Below are positions 26,486 to 40,540 of a stretch of 64,000 nt of DNA, in pieces. This DNA is from Lama guanicoe (taxonomy: Eukaryota): NCBI GenBank assembly GCA_013239625.1, contig MU056000.1, positions 8,099,214-8,163,213 on the forward strand. Direction: 5' to 3'. A program made the translations under genes and the position numbers. The notes below the pieces were generated by a model that ran no database searches, was not told where the DNA came from, and saw only the letters and a program-made list of their open reading frames with translations. Position 1 is the stretch's first letter; every line of letters begins with the position of its first letter.

Positions 26486-27519
26486 AATTACGTAGGTAAG
26501 AACAATTTGATTTTTTAAAGTCTTAAGGTCAAAACAAAAATAAAAATAAGAATTCCTTTCCTTTGTCCTTTTTGACCTTCAAGATAGAGGTGAAGACCAA
26601 AAAACTCCCCTGAACTTGGAATTTTATACACTACCCTGGGAAGTGATTCAGTTTTCCCCATGGTGACTAGACGAGCTAGACTCGGAGTGTCAATTTAGTA
26701 AACTGATGAAAGTAGGTGTTTCTTTATTCTGCCATCATCTACTTAGACTTTCTTTCCTCTTGCTGTCGACTTACAACCTCCTGTGCACACACACAGACAC
26801 ACCTCCCACTACCGTCATCACCAACAGCAACAAGAATCTTTTCATCCAAATTTGGAAGCTGGAATGGTACTTTGTGTCAGAGAATAGAGAAGAGAAGTGC
26901 CAGCGTTTAACCTTAAAGTCAACATAAGGAAAATGACCAGTTTATATAAAACAAACTAAGCATAGGGGTCATACTTTATAGCTCCCCTTTCTCCTGCTTT
27001 TCAGAGATCCAATAAAGATCTAGCCTGTTGTGTCAAAAATTTAAGCTGCGGATTTCTAAGGGGTGGACCAGTTCAACATGCCTGGGTCCTCAGAAGGTAT
27101 CATCACTGTTTGAGGGAAAAAATAAAAGCATATACTCCCTCCTGAGAATCTGTCAGTAGAGATACCTTTATACAAAATAAGGTAGTATCAGGTAGCTCTT
27201 TGCTGAGGTTGTGTCACTCACTAGAGGACTTTCATGAAGTTTCTTCATCTTTTTCCCAAGCCCTCTGCTGGTGGAGGAGTCATGTTGCTGCCATGCCCCA
27301 AGCCTGTGTTCTCCACGTTGAGGTGGAAGATGACAATCTCGGGGGGTTCAGCTAAAACCACAGTAAGTCCACAGAGAGGTCAGAAAATCAACCCACAGCT
27401 TTCAGACTAACACTGTCCAGCTCCAATGCAGCAGCTGATCCTGGTTGAGCAAGTCCAGGTAAGCTGAGTCGGGAACGCGAGTGACGGATTAAAGCCAGCT
27501 GCAGATTCTTTCCACTGCA

Positions 27520-28020
27520 TCCACTGCATCCACTGAGGAGTGACTTCTATCCCCCACCCACCGCCCCTTGATTCTGAGCTGGTCCTGACTTGCTGAGACC
27601 ACTGAAACACAGTGGAAGTGACGCTCGGTAGCCTTCTGACTTCTCAGAGATAAACAGCTGAGATCCCCTCACGACAGAATGTTCCTTTTGGAAGCCAGCC
27701 TCTACATAAGAGGTTTGACTGCCTGGTAGCAACCATGATGCGAGGAAGCCCAGGGTAGCCACATAGAGACAGAGGGGGCACGTGAAGGAGCACGGGGGTG
27801 CCAGACGCATGGTGAAAGGGAGGTACTCCTTGGACTTTCCTTCTGAGCCCAGACAGGAGAGCAGATGACCTCAGTTCCCGCCACACACAAGAGAAGACCT
27901 AGTCAGATGAGCCCCGCCCGGATTCCCTACCCACAGGATCCTGCGCAGGCAAAATGGGATTTGATGTTAAAGCCACCAGGATTTGGGTTAGTTTATTAAA
28001 GGCAACAGGTAACCAAAACA
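27520..28020 (+). mobile_element. MaLR LTR (MLT1F/G/H-like)
   Basis: ggaagtgacgct...ttggaagccagcc...accatgatgcgaggaagccca...tacccacaggatcc...ttaaagccacc...caacaggtaaccaaaaca. Confidence 0.75.
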
Positions 28021-29169
28021 ATGTGCCCAGCACAGAACAACCCTTGGTAGCCAACAGTAGTAAAGAACACTGCTCTCATGAGTGATTTTATAATTTACAA
28101 GGGATAATGGATTTCTGCATTTTGTTTTGAAGAGAAAAATACTTGCAGAAATACAGAGTTCAGCATTTAACTATCTGCTTCATTGTATCCTGAGTAAATC
28201 CGTCTCCTACATTACTCAATTTCACAATGAAAATGTGAATACACACTAGATGTACCCATACGATAAGTATCTGGACTTAAGATTTTAAAAAAATGTAAAA
28301 CACTCAAGGCCTGTTACCATGAGGAAAACTACAGCGTGAAATGGAAATGATGTCTAAAATCATAAATTAATAGCGAATAACATACAAAGTGTTGTAACTT
28401 GGCTGACATGGGGCACATGACCACACAGACTAAGGGGAAAAAAAAGTGAAATTCACCAGGGAAGCTATCTGGGCAGAAATGTGGTTTAAACCAGATCTTG
28501 GGGAAAAAAAAAAAAGGATAGGCTAAAATTAGACGGGAGAGTGGAGGGGAAATTCAAGGGAGTATTGATGTGGCAGATTTCCAATATGAGCTAAAGATGA
28601 AAGAAAAATAAAAAATCAATAACTTATTTAAGTCCGTTTAATGTTTCTTGACAACACCCTAGCTCAGCTCTGCAGAATGTAATTCAGCCTGGGAAATATT
28701 TCTTCTAAAACTATTGCAGTTGTGAAAGGGAAGCGTGGGAGGAGACTGGCCATTTCAACTGAGCGCTGATGTTTGGGGTCTATGAGAAGGAGAAAGAGTG
28801 TGGGAACATGAGCCAAATAAAATGACAAGCAGAAACAAACAAAAACCCCAACCAACCAACCAACCAACAAATAAAAACAACACACAAAGGACTGAGGAAT
28901 TACTAGAGGGGCACCTTTAGGCTAATTACTGTTATTCTGTGTTTGTTTGTATATATTTTGCAACAGCAAACTTTTTAATATTTTAGGTGTCTCAGAAAGA
29001 AGGGGGTTAAAGTTAGTTATGTAATGAAATTTTATAGGAAAGAATGCTGTAAAAAAAAAAAAAGAAGAAAGTGTGGGTGTATTTTCCCTGCATCGAGTTT
29101 TTCATAGTTTTAAGATTTAAGACTGCTATACTAGCAGTAAATACGTACGGTAAAATTATCTGCAATAAA

Positions 29170-30200
29170 ATTTTAAAATGCTCAATATAATTGGTCACAA
29201 GGGAAGTGCAAAATAAAACTCAAATGAGATACTGCTTCATACCACTTGCATGGCTACTTTTAAAATACTGACACTGCCAAATGTTGGAAAGGCTGTGAAG
29301 CAACTGAAACTCTGATACATTTTTGTGGGTAGTTTCTCATAGAACTAAATATACAGCTACCCAATGACCCAGAGATTCCAATCCTAGAGTTTTTTTCCCC
29401 TGAGAAACAGAAAACATATATATACAAAAAGATTTGTATGAGAGTGTTCTTGGCAGCTTTATTTATAATGGCCCCAAACTGGAAAGAGCCCAGATGCTCA
29501 ACAACAGAAGAATGGATAAATGACTTGTGGTCCATTTATACAGTGGAAGGCTGATAAGTAATGAAAGGGAAAGAAATACTGACACCTATAGCAGCATGGA
29601 TGAGTCCAAAAGCTTCAAGCTTAATAAAAGAAGATTTAGGCAAAATAACACATACCCTCGGTTCCAACAGGCAAAACTAACTGATGGCAGGAAAACAAAA
29701 AGCAGAGCAGTGGATGCCTTTGAGAGAGTGGAGTAGGGGTTCACTGGGGAGGGGTATGAATCAACTTCCTGGGGTGACGGGCGATGTCTACATCCTGACG
29801 GAGGCTTGGGTCGCACATCTGTGTTATTTATAAAAACTTGATGAATGGTACACTTAAAATTTGTACATTTCTTTGCACATAAATGGTACCTCAAAGAAAA
29901 AAAATAGAAGCTGGAAATGTATATCAAATTCTAGTTGTTGATATCCATGCTAAACTATTTTGGGGGAAATATACTTAGGTCTGTGATTTTTTTTTTGAAA
30001 TGAATCTACAATAGCATTTGTTATATAACAAACAGCATTTGAATAGAGAGAAGGGTAGATGAATACATGGGTAATAAATCAAACATATCAAACTGTTAGT
30101 GGTAGGATGTAAGCGGTGGGTTTATGCATGATCACTGTAAAAGTCATTCAACTATTCTGTATGCTTAATTTTTTTTCCTAATTAAATGTTGGAAAACAAT
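29170..30200 (+). mobile_element. Ancient L1 (L1ME-like) ORF2 end and 3'UTR
   Basis: gggaagtgcaaaataaaactcaaatgagatac..., acccaatgacccagagattccaatcctag..., ttcaactattctgtatgctt...aaatgttggaaaa. Confidence 0.82.
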
Positions 30201-30292
30201 TGGGAAAAAAATGCATCAAATAGTCCTGGCTCAAATATGTGTGGTACATCTGGAAGAAAAAAAGCAAATTCTCCAAGTAAAGAACATATCTA

Positions 30293-30499
30293 CAAATTAC
30301 TATATATAAAATGGATAAACAAGGACCAGCTGTAGAGTATAGGGAACTGTATTCAGTTTCTTATAATAACATATAATGAAAAAGAATCTGAAGAGAAAAT
30401 ATATATACGTATGTATATGTATAACTGAATCGCTTTGCTGTACACTTGAAACTAACATTGTAAATCACCTACACTTCAATAAAAAATAAAATTTAAAAA
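30293..30499 (+). mobile_element. Short camelid L1 3' end
   Basis: Diagnostic tail ...ataactgaatcgctttgctgtacacttgaaactaacattgtaaatc...cttcaataaaa; TSD aaagaacatatcta (30279-30292) / aaagagcatatcta (30500-30513). Confidence 0.92.
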
Positions 30500-30686
30500 A
30501 AAGAGCATATCTAATCTAATCTAACTGGACAACTGTGTAGAAAAACAGCATGCACCAGTGATACGCACACCCACAATCATCAACAACATGCCTGAAATGG
30601 TTTCTCCCCAGTCCTACTCCAATTAAAATACTCTAATTTACTGCAGAAATATCGGAGCTACTGAGGGTTAGGAGAAGGATGTCTGT

Positions 30687-30900
30687 TTTGGTTGGCAGTC
30701 TATTCAGGGATAAAGGGCAGATGTTTTAGGCTCTCTAGGCCAAAGGTCTGCATGGCAGTGACCGGACTCCTGTGTTGCAGTGCAGACGCCACCACAGACA
30801 GCACCTAGATAGATGGGTGCGGCTGTGGTCCCATAAAGTTTACTTACAAAACAGGCCGCAGGCTGGATTTGGCCCTCGGGCTGCAGTTTGCCAACTCCTG
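30687..30900 (+). mobile_element. MER58A-like hAT-Charlie MITE
   Basis: taaagggcaga...gggtgcggctgtggtcccataaagtttacttacaaaacaggc...ggatttggccctcgggctgcagtttgccaactcctg. Confidence 0.85.
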
Positions 30901-31489
30901 TTCTGTTTGAAGAGTATTCATAATTGAATTATGAATTCAATTCTGCAACCTCTCATCACAGATTTTATAGTACTTATAATACATTCAACTAGTATGTCAA
31001 CTTTATTTCTTTACTTATTTTTATTTTTTCCAGTCTTCTAATTCAAATAACTTTAGGGACACGGTTCTAATATCTGACAAGGCTTTCACAGGACATTTTT
31101 CTGGTTGGGTGTGCTTTGGAGGGCCAGGGCTTGCTTTCCAGTTCACAGGGTGCCAAATGTTCACATCTCCCGGTTCCCTGAGTGCACACTAGTAGGGGTT
31201 TTATTATTTATGCATAATGAGGAGGATGAAATAACAGTTTTGAATATAATGAGGAGTGTTGAGAGACTTGGAGTGGGGGAAAGAAGATCTGTCTGCATAG
31301 AGTAAGTGCCTTCAAGGACTTGTCCCTGCAGGTGAGAGCTGACTCGCCCTCCTTTCTGGGTTCCTAGCCGGTGCTGGCAAGTGAGCAGGGAGAACCAGCC
31401 TCTCTCAACACAGTGCCTGCCCTTTGGGAACTTACACTGTGGGTTAACCTGTGGGAATAGGACAATGGCCCACAGGTGAACAGAAGAAG

Positions 31490-31660
31490 AATTCATGCAT
31501 TATAAAGACCTTCCTATAATGAGAGATATCTGAGTTGAGTGTAATACTTGGAGACACAGGAAGCGCACCATCCCTGGAAGTAATCAAGCAGAAGCAAATG
31601 ACCCCCAGTCAGGCTGCCGGTTAGAACAACGCCTCAGTTAGAAGGACTAAGTCCAGAACC
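31490..31660 (+). mobile_element. CR1/L3 LINE 3' remnant
   Basis: ccatccctggaagtaatcaagcagaagcaaatgacccccagtcagg resembles the L3/CR1 3' end. Confidence 0.5.
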
Positions 31661-32082
31661 TGACGCAGAAGGTCACTATTTACAAATATAATTTGTTACC
31701 AGAAGAGAGAAACTATTAGACTGAACAGAGCCTTGTTACTCATTGTGCACAATACTTTAAAACATTTTTACCTGTGTCAACTTTTTCTCTATCTAAAATT
31801 CAGCAGGCTGAAATGATCAGTCTATTTCCAAAGATGTTCATTAAATTTTCCTTAGGTTTGGCTGATTTATAAAAAAGAATGAAACATTTGTAAACCGTCT
31901 CCCCCACTATCTCAGATTAGGGGTTAAAGCAGGATATTTTATTCAGAAAATAAAACAAATTTCATCCTTTTAGCTTTTGCTGACATTTTCAAAATGACAC
32001 AGATGAGACCAGTTGCTCTTAATCTCTTTTAGTTTCCTGATTTTGATTCCCTTATGAATCAAAAAGTAAAAGTAATGGAAAT

Positions 32083-32273
32083 ATATAAAATAGATAAACA
32101 ATAAGGTCCTACTGGAAACTATACTCAATACTTTGTAGTAACCTATAATGAAAAAGAACGTGAAAAGGAATATATATATATATATAATATATATATATGT
32201 ATGTATAACTGAATCAGCACGCTGTACAACAGAAATTAACACAACATTGTAAACAGACTATACTTCACTAAAA
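32083..32273 (+). mobile_element. Short camelid L1 3' end
   Basis: L1 tail with a perfect 15-bp TSD aaaagtaatggaaat (32068-32082 / 32274-32288). Confidence 0.93.
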
Positions 32274-32754
32274 AAAAGTAATGGAAATTTAATAACTATA
32301 ACACCTCGATTAACTGACATTGTCTTTTCTTTGTTAGTTCATTTGTCATGCCTTAAACTGTTAATTTACAAGTGAAAAATCATGGGTACCTAAAACCCAC
32401 CCATGTTTGAAGCCATTCATTCATTCTCCTAATAATTTGAAATAAACTCGCCATTTGAAAAAAATATTCTGGAGTACCAACTGGAAATACTGAAGCGCTC
32501 TAAAAACTCAATAATGCACTTGTCGATATTTGCAAGTGCAAAATTTACTGCATTATTATTAGGCATTTTAGCCCTTTTAAGACTGAGCCCATTAAACTGC
32601 TTCCTTATGTTTGTTTCATAGGACTCTGAAGTTCAGGACAGCAGTTCTTGACTCCTTGGACAAGAAATCATGTGGGATGTAGAGATGTGTGACTTGCTCC
32701 CGAGAGAGTATTTACCGAAGAGGGAACACGTAAGAGTTCAGATCTGCTGGCATC

Positions 32755-33640
32755 ATTTTAACAAGCCTCCTCGGGGCCCGTCCCTGTGCCAGGCCCTGGA
32801 GGGAAAGACAACAAACAGCAGTCCTTCCCTCACGGTGCTTGCGATTCGGCAGCAAGGACAAGCTTGGCGTCACCACGTCTCGGTTATGGTGGCACCAGGA
32901 TCACAGTGTTGGGAAGGATTTTGTGTGAAGGAGGAAACAGCAGGAGTGTCAAAGGAGAGATGGCGCGGGAGCCGGAAAGCAACGAGGGGATTTTTGATGA
33001 CCAGGGAGTGGGAGTGTGATCACAGCTGGGACTGGGGGCAGTGAGGGACGGAGCACGTTGGGATAAACAAAGACCTGTGTGTCAACCTGAAGGGTACGTG
33101 TGGGCACAGACAACATCCCGGTGTCCCTGGAGCAAAGGAGGTGACTTTGAGAAGGAAAAGAAGGGTGTAATAGGAGATGGCCCCAGATAAGACATTGGAG
33201 CCGGTTTGTGGGAAACCCCAAATGCCAATGTTCGGCATTTATTCTGCCATGGAAAGTTCTGAGCAATCAAATGGACTCCTTAAAGAAGATGGTGGGAAGA
33301 ATGTCCCACAAGCACCTTCACACAGGCATCACCAGCTTAGGGGTGGCTGGGCTTCGTCTGAGGTACTGGACCTCAAAATCAGTACCTGTGTGGCTCACTG
33401 CAGATTCAGGATAGGTTGTTCCACGGTGTCTCAACTTAGCAATCTCAGGGTGTGTGTGCGGTGTGTGCGGCAACACGGGGGGAGACTCCGTAGTCTGACC
33501 GTAATGATGGTGATGAGTTTTGTTTGGGGAGGAAGGCTAAGCGGATCTCAAAGGTACACAAAAGTGGCCGGCTGCTTAATGCCGGGCTGGGTGTACAAAA
33601 CTGGGAGACCCACACCTTATAAAGGGCCTGCAGTACCAGG
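32755..33640 (-). mobile_element. L2 LINE fragment (decayed)
   Basis: tgtgccaggccctggagg...cagtccttccctcacggtgctt...; purine-rich reverse-L2 character. The ORFs here are incidental. Confidence 0.6.
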
Positions 33641-33704
33641 ACAGTAAAGGCATCCCGTAGCGAATACACGATTACCAGAGTACATGCACTCATGTGTTCT
33701 TTTT

Positions 33705-33800
33705 TCACTTCATTCATTCATTCAGTCAACAAACGTGGTCCATAATGCACCAGGTGCTTTTGGAGGCCAAGAATTCAACGACGAACAGACAAGGAGGTGC
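33705..33800 (-). mobile_element. L2 3' terminus
   Basis: (cattcatt)n cagtcaacaaac...gcaccaggtgct...gaattcaacgacgaacagac. Confidence 0.65.
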
Positions 33801-34924
33801 CACTGTGCATAATCAACATGGACTGTTGATTCTGGGGAAGGTTCTGGGAGTAGGCAGGGAGTTTCCAACTTCTAATATACGAACTACCCATGGTGTTGAG
33901 AAAAACATACGGTCCCGTATTAAAAATGTGCACCTAATTTCACAATCACACTGGATAAAAGGTTCTGAGTTATAAGGTTTAAAGAATGTAAGAAGAAGCA
34001 AACTGTTAAGAATGAACACGATACTAGTCAACCTTAGTGACCTATGGTTTAGAAAAGGAGAGCATTTGGACGGTTTCACATACAAGATAAATGATTTCTT
34101 TGCATTTTCCTTATTACACAGCCCAGTTGAGATCAGATGATTTAATCAGTCTCTGCAGAAACATGATTGACTTCTTTCCAAAAGACATGCTTCAATTTTA
34201 ACTTTATGAGAAATACAGTACATTGCCCTGCTTAAGGGACTTGCTTCTTTTATGGAAAATCTAATCTACACATAATTCTCCTCTCTCTTCTTTATGTCTT
34301 TTCCCAGAGCAAGTGAACATAGCTGCTAAAAAGTGGTTACACTTAAAAGTTACACAAGTTCAATAACATGAAATAGCTTTTAAGGTAATATCGGATGTTG
34401 ACTTTGAGATGTAAATTACACCACCGTGATTGGCATGTACTTCCAGCTCGCGGTCGACACGCCTTCTCCCACAGAGGGAAGGTACCTGGCAGAGAGGGCA
34501 GTCAGCTCGATAATGAGGTCTAATGGGGTCTCAATTCTTAAGTGAGCCAAGCTTGGGACTCAAAGGATCGGCTTGTCAGTGTTCTGCGATCAGCCGCACA
34601 TTTTCACACTGTTGAACTTCAAATTCAAGCCACGTGATGCTTTGCTCAGACACCATTTCGTATGCTTAACTTGGCACCCGATCATTCCTTAGGCAAATAA
34701 TGCCTAGACTGCACACAGGATTCCCTGGGGATGACTCGAGAGATAGGGTCCCCAAAAAGAGTGGGTCTTCCACCCATGAGTTATCCAGAAGCTCTGTGGC
34801 ACCCTCATTAGCCAAAAAGGGGAAGTCAAACACTCTTTCCCTTTTATTCCTTGAATTTCTTGTTAATATGCTCCAGGGAAAAAGATGAGATCAATGAAAG
34901 TGAATAGTAGAAACTATTACTAAC

Positions 34925-35050
34925 AGTAGGACCAAACTGGGACAGTTTTTCCAGAAGAAAAGACTAGAGGGCAGGTTTATTAATACTTACGCCAAGACAC
35001 TGGCATAAACCAGCCTGTTCTAGACAAATCAGAAATAGGGTCATCTCCCC
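34925..35050 (-). mobile_element. MER94-like hAT-Blackjack MITE
   Basis: ccaaactgggacagtttt...tattaatacttacgccaagacactggcataaaccagcctgttc...ggtcatct. Confidence 0.65.
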
Positions 35051-36719
35051 ATAATTAACCAGAAATTTTAAGATTTCATTGTTAATATTCAAGTAAAAAT
35101 ATTATTTAGAAGACGATCTGCTCAATCTAACATACTCCCCTTCATCACTGCATACTCTTTCAGGAGCTTTAGTGTACACTAAACAGCCACTTAGCAATGA
35201 TTCCAGTTCATGGAGAAACTCAGTTCACCCCTTGCATCAAAATTCTCGGCAATCAGTGCTTGATCTTATCTCAGACTTAGAAAGAAATTATGTAGGTTTT
35301 TATTTTCTTCCAGCTCCATTTCTACTTTCCAGTCAACTGGCAGTACAGGGCTGTGATACGTTATAATCCTAGGGTGCGGTGTCTTCAAAACTATTTTATT
35401 AAAATAAATAAGACCCGCAATTTACCTGAAGAATATTGGAATTCCTATGGAAAGCTCTGAGCAAATAAAACGTATTTCCAAATTCCTAGGTCCTACTATT
35501 GGATAAGACCATGTTGACTGCAGAAAATCCCCAAATGAGAAATACTGGGAAATAATCTAGCCTTATATTCAGAAATCGAGAAGGCTAAAGTCTGTTTTGA
35601 AAAGTAAGTACTACACGGAAATGCTCATAATTATAGCGTTATAAAATATACATACCAGTATTCAATTCTAACATGATGTTAGATGTATGTTTTTACATAT
35701 TTGTGATAAAGTTGAGTACATGTTGGAAAAACATTACGCAAAACAGATATATCCCCTTCCCCTCAAAAAATTTAACTTCCAGATAGCACAGATAAAGTTA
35801 TTCCTGAAGATCTATTATCTATAAACTTGTCAACCATCTTTTAGCTTTTATATGCTGAGTACACTAGTTTGCAAACAAATATAATCTGAATATAATCATG
35901 TATATATTTGTCAGTGCCTGACTGTCCCTCACGAAATGATATAACCTGTACAGAAAACACAGTGGTCAGAAAGACAGGATTTTTGGATTTAGAAGAATAT
36001 ATTTTTGTTCGTCTAAACAGCTGAAAACATAATGTATTACAATTATATTGATTTTTTTTAAAGGATAATAGTTTTTCAGTGAGGCAAAGTTTAAAAAAAT
36101 ACTACATACATTAAGATCACTGTTGGTATTTAATTGTGTTTGTTACTGAAATGTGTCATAGCATTAATAACAAAGAAACTAGAGGCATTTTAGAATTTTC
36201 TTGCAACTGTGTATAATCTTGTATAATTTCAGGTGCACAGAGTAGAGCTGATATAAGTGTAAAAACTGCTCATCAAGCCATTTTATTATTGAGCTCATTA
36301 TATTCACAATTAAAACCAAAGAAAATTGTTCAGCTCTCTAACAAGGGATGGGAGCCATCTCGAACTGAACTCGGGGAAGTGGCAGGGCGACTGCTCAGCT
36401 CCGTGGCCGTGTCTGGGACAACGTCTATCAGTCAAACTATCTTCTCCCTTAATCATCAGTTACTGTGACTATTAACAAGATATTTTCTCCAATATGTGCT
36501 TCCATTAGCATAATTCTGGGCCCTAATTACCTTATGCTTTTTTTCATCTTTAAATATCTGACATTAAAAATCGCAGCAGCAAACAGGCCCATGTGGCTTT
36601 CTAATCTAGTCTTTTTCCAAACTTGTCAGGGATGATGTTCTTTTATGTGCCTTTGAGTCCAGTTTCTTTGGATTACTTCTTAAGACTTTGAAAGATTAAA
36701 AGTACTACACATGTATGGT

Positions 36720-37340
36720 TTAAAAGCTAGAAATTCAGTAAAGTTAAAAAAAAATTAGAATCACTTCTATGCCCATAAATCAAAGACAATAATTGTGAAC
36801 ATTTCATTGCATTTTCTTCCCCTATTATCCATTAATGTCTATTTATTTTTTATTTTATACTCTATAAAGTTAAAATCATACTACTTTTTTTACTTGCCCC
36901 TGTTTTATTAGTATTTCTCCCAGTCTTCACTCCTTAAAGAAATAATTCGTAATGGCAATGTACCCAGCTATGATGGACGTACTAAAACATTTTAAAGTTA
37001 CTTTATTTTTAATGTGAAAACGGGTATATGTGTGTATATGTGGGACTGGAACATTGTTCTGCACACCAGAAATTGACACATTGTAATTGACTGTACTTCA
37101 ATTAAAAATAAAATAAGATAATAAAATAAAAAATAAAGTGACCTTATTTTTGATCATTTAGTTTATTTTCAATTTATTTTGGTAAATACTTTGGCTATAT
37201 CATTGTATACGTATAAATAAATGTAAAATATATATGGCTATAATAAATTGTAAAATTCTTATTGTTTTCCTTAATCAGATTTTTAGAGGTGGCATTGTGA
37301 GGACAAATAATAAAACTATTTGTGTTCTTAATTAATTTTA
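36720..37340 (-). mobile_element. Ancient L1 3' fragment (L1ME/L1MC-like), interrupted by a young L1 tail
   Basis: Reverse-L1 phrases such as gatcatttagtttattttcaattt and ttccttaatcagatttttagaggtggcattgtgagg. Confidence 0.55.
37011..37134 (+). mobile_element. Very short camelid L1 3' end
   Basis: gggactggaacattgttctgcacaccagaaattgacacattgtaattgactgtacttcaattaaaa; TSD aaagttactttattttt (36994-37010) / aaagtgaccttattttt (37135-37151). Confidence 0.88.
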
Positions 37341-39034
37341 CAAATTCTTTTCCAAAAAATACTTAGTTAGTTTGACAAAAGTTCAAGTATAAGTCATATA
37401 AGCCTTTTTAAAAAATCTAAATGTAAAATTAAGATTTAACTGCAGAGTCAAATACAAACTGGAAATTCTCAGTAAGTCAACTTCCTAGTTTCATAGAATA
37501 CAGGAATATATAAGATCAATAAATTATACACACGCTAAGTCCAAGTAGATTAGAATGTTGGAAAAAAGACCACTCCGCCCTTTATAAAGTGCACAGGACA
37601 TCTACTTACACGTCATCCCTACTTTCCTTAAAAGAACTGTAACTGCAATTCTCTCCAATAGTAAAACTCCACACGCTTTTATGTAATCGGCTTAACTTGT
37701 TTTGTTCTGATCAAATTCAACTTAATTTAGCAAGAGAGAACAAGCGGGATTTTCGCTGGGTTATGGTTTCTTTCATCACACTGCTCACAGGTAAACACCT
37801 GACGCAGGGCCAATAATTGTTCATTCTTTTATATTTTTATAATGACAGTATCTCAAATTGGAATCTAGAGTTTATGAGATGTAAGACTCCCATCAGTTTC
37901 TTCCTTTATTTAACAATAGCTCAATATTTCTTTATTCTACTGAAGAGACATTCATGCAGTACTCCACTGGAGCTTCCAGGAAATAGCCATGAAAAAGGCA
38001 CACTATACACACACCCAACAGAGACGTTCTATCTGGGCACCAGGACTTCTGTTACATAGAATGTGGAAGCAAAACACGTGCATGTCATTAAAGTGGTTTG
38101 TGTATTGATATTTTTCTCTTTTTTTGTATAAAAGTATATAACTAAAGATAGATATATATTAGATAGATTGACAGATTAAAGTTTCTTATGCAAATACCAA
38201 AGAGATAGCTAATTAGTCTGTTAAAAGATTTGGCTTAGTGACTCTTTATTATCAAAATAAAACTAACATTGACATGGAACAAGTAAGCACAGAAAATCAA
38301 CAATATTAGCTGATTAGAAACATATGACATAATATCCAAGCAATTACCCATTCACCCTTGGTAGAGGAAAGAATCGTTAGTTTGAAGAAACTTCACGATT
38401 TCCTTATCGTGTGTCCCAAACAGTTTTGGGAAATGTGTTTCTCTTTGCTGAAGACTTAGTGCTCAAGGGGCGAACACAGGGTAGATTCAGATGTGTTGTG
38501 TTCTGGCTTTGAACCTAAACTACTTCTGAGGTTTATGGAAAGAAAAGGACTTGAATCGGCACAATAGGAAGGAGGAACTGTCTTGTGGGATTGCAGTCGT
38601 GATGCATGCCGTGAAGTATATAGTCCAAGTATGTACTGATTTATACCTGCATGTGAAGAAAAGCCACTGACGTGACCCAATGAAAATACACTGGCACTGT
38701 GGCGCTGGCATCCAACACAGGCCACTCTTGCTTTACAACAACAAATCCAGATTTTGACTTCAGTCTCCAAATATATACTATTATTCTATAGTATCCAATA
38801 TATAATAAATACTCAAACACAAGCAGATAGCAATGGATTAAATTCTCTAATTAAAAATTCTTTTCTAAATTTTTATCTTTATTTTCCTCTGTTTTGATGA
38901 TCTATTCTCTCACTTGTCCTTGCATTCTTTTAAGTTATATGCCCTTACCTCTATGAAAAATTAAACCAAATATGACATTTACTAACACTCTAAATAATGA
39001 GAATGAGAAAACCTCATAACAGAGGAAACATTTT

Positions 39035-39190
39035 TCATTTGGAAATCACAGAAAATCAGATTTGAATTCCATTTGTTATTTCTCAACAGCATAAACTTGA
39101 GCAAGATTTTTAAACACTCTGAGTTTCAGGTTTCTTTTCCAAGATAGCATCATAATATCAACTTAGTTGGTGGGCTTAGCAAAAAGTATG
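39035..39190 (+). mobile_element. MIR SINE fragment
   Basis: tttgaattcc...aacttgagcaagatttttaaacactctgagtttcaggtttc. Confidence 0.6.
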
Positions 39191-40117
39191 CACTGGATAA
39201 ACGTTAGTTTCCTTCCACTTAATCCATTTATTCCACACTGACACCAACTGTTTACCAGGTGCTTAGCCATGGCAAGTTTTCATTTACACATGTGGATAAG
39301 TAAAGTGATTAATTACTCTCCATCAGTGGTGCAGAATATTGGCTTTGTTTCACTCCGTTCAGAAACGGTAACTAGAAAAAGCTAACTTATGTACCCTGAC
39401 ATTGACTTCATGCCAGAATTCAGGAGAATTAAGACACTTAGAAGTCAGGAAGGGACAACTCAACAACTGCCCTAACACACTGTGGAAGTGATATGGGCCC
39501 TAAATGAACGACTGGGCTACTGGAACGCTAGTATCACCTAATATCTTTTGGGGTTCTGTAGAAAATACACAAAGCATTTTCTATCCTTTAGAACCATATA
39601 TGCTGAAAAGTATTCACAAAAATATGAATTTGTCTACAATTGCCTTAAATGACTCAAGTCAAAAACAGGAGAAAATTGTATATCCTTATACAGACAAAGC
39701 AATTCTCTCAAACACAGGTCACTGAAATGCCCCAAAAGTATTCAGTTCAGTTCCTCTAAGGCACCAGTGGCTGTGCTAAGAGCAATGGGAAAATTATGGA
39801 AGTATTAGACGGTGCCAGTCCATGTATCTGCAACAGTAATTGTCAGTAACTGACCAGTTCTGGGAACCTGGTGGCCTGTAGGGCCTCGCTATCATCCTCT
39901 CCTGTTCAAGGTGGCCACTGGGACCTGCGGACAGCCATGTGTGGGTAGAGCCTTGAGCTGCACTGAGGTCCTGTGGACGGCGCTGGTACCCAGGAGCGTG
40001 GATGGGGTGTCTAAATGTGGGGAGAACTGCCAAGAAGGGATCTACTCGGGGTAGGGGAGACCCATTCAACCCCAAGTGAGCGTGAGGGGTCTACTTGCCA
40101 AAGAAAGCCAAGAGGAG

Positions 40118-40540
40118 CCGTCTTGGCTTCCTAGGGCTCACGTAAAACAGTGTCCCAAAGTGGGGGGCTTATGATGACAGAAATTTATTTTCTGAGGGCT
40201 CTGGAGGCCAGCAGTGTTAGGTCAAGGTGTCAGAAGGACACATTCTCTCAGAATATTCTAGAAGGGATCCTTTCTTTCCTCTTCCAGTTTCTGGTTGTTG
40301 CTGGCAATGCTTGGCAGTCTTTGGTTTCTAGAGGCATCACTTCGACTTTTGCCTCCTGTTATCATACGGCATTCCCCTGCGTGGTGTGTCCCCGTGTCCA
40401 CACTGCCTGTGTGTGTGTGTGTGTGTGTGTATTCCAATCATATTGGAGTATGGCCTGTCTTCATCCAGGGTGACTTCATCCTACCCTGATTTCATCTACA
40501 AAGACCCTATTCCCAAATAAAGTCAACATACAGTTTTCAA
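40118..40540 (-). mobile_element. MaLR LTR (MLT1C-like) containing a (TG)n tract
   Basis: ttcctagggct...acagaaatttattttct...tctggaggccag...tcaaggtgtc...atctacaaagaccctattcccaaataaagtca. Confidence 0.85.

Noticed and set aside
32670..33717. Cluster of overlapping 70-156-aa ORFs
   Set aside because: They lie in a decayed, GC-richer L2 element; no recognisable protein similarity or splice structure.
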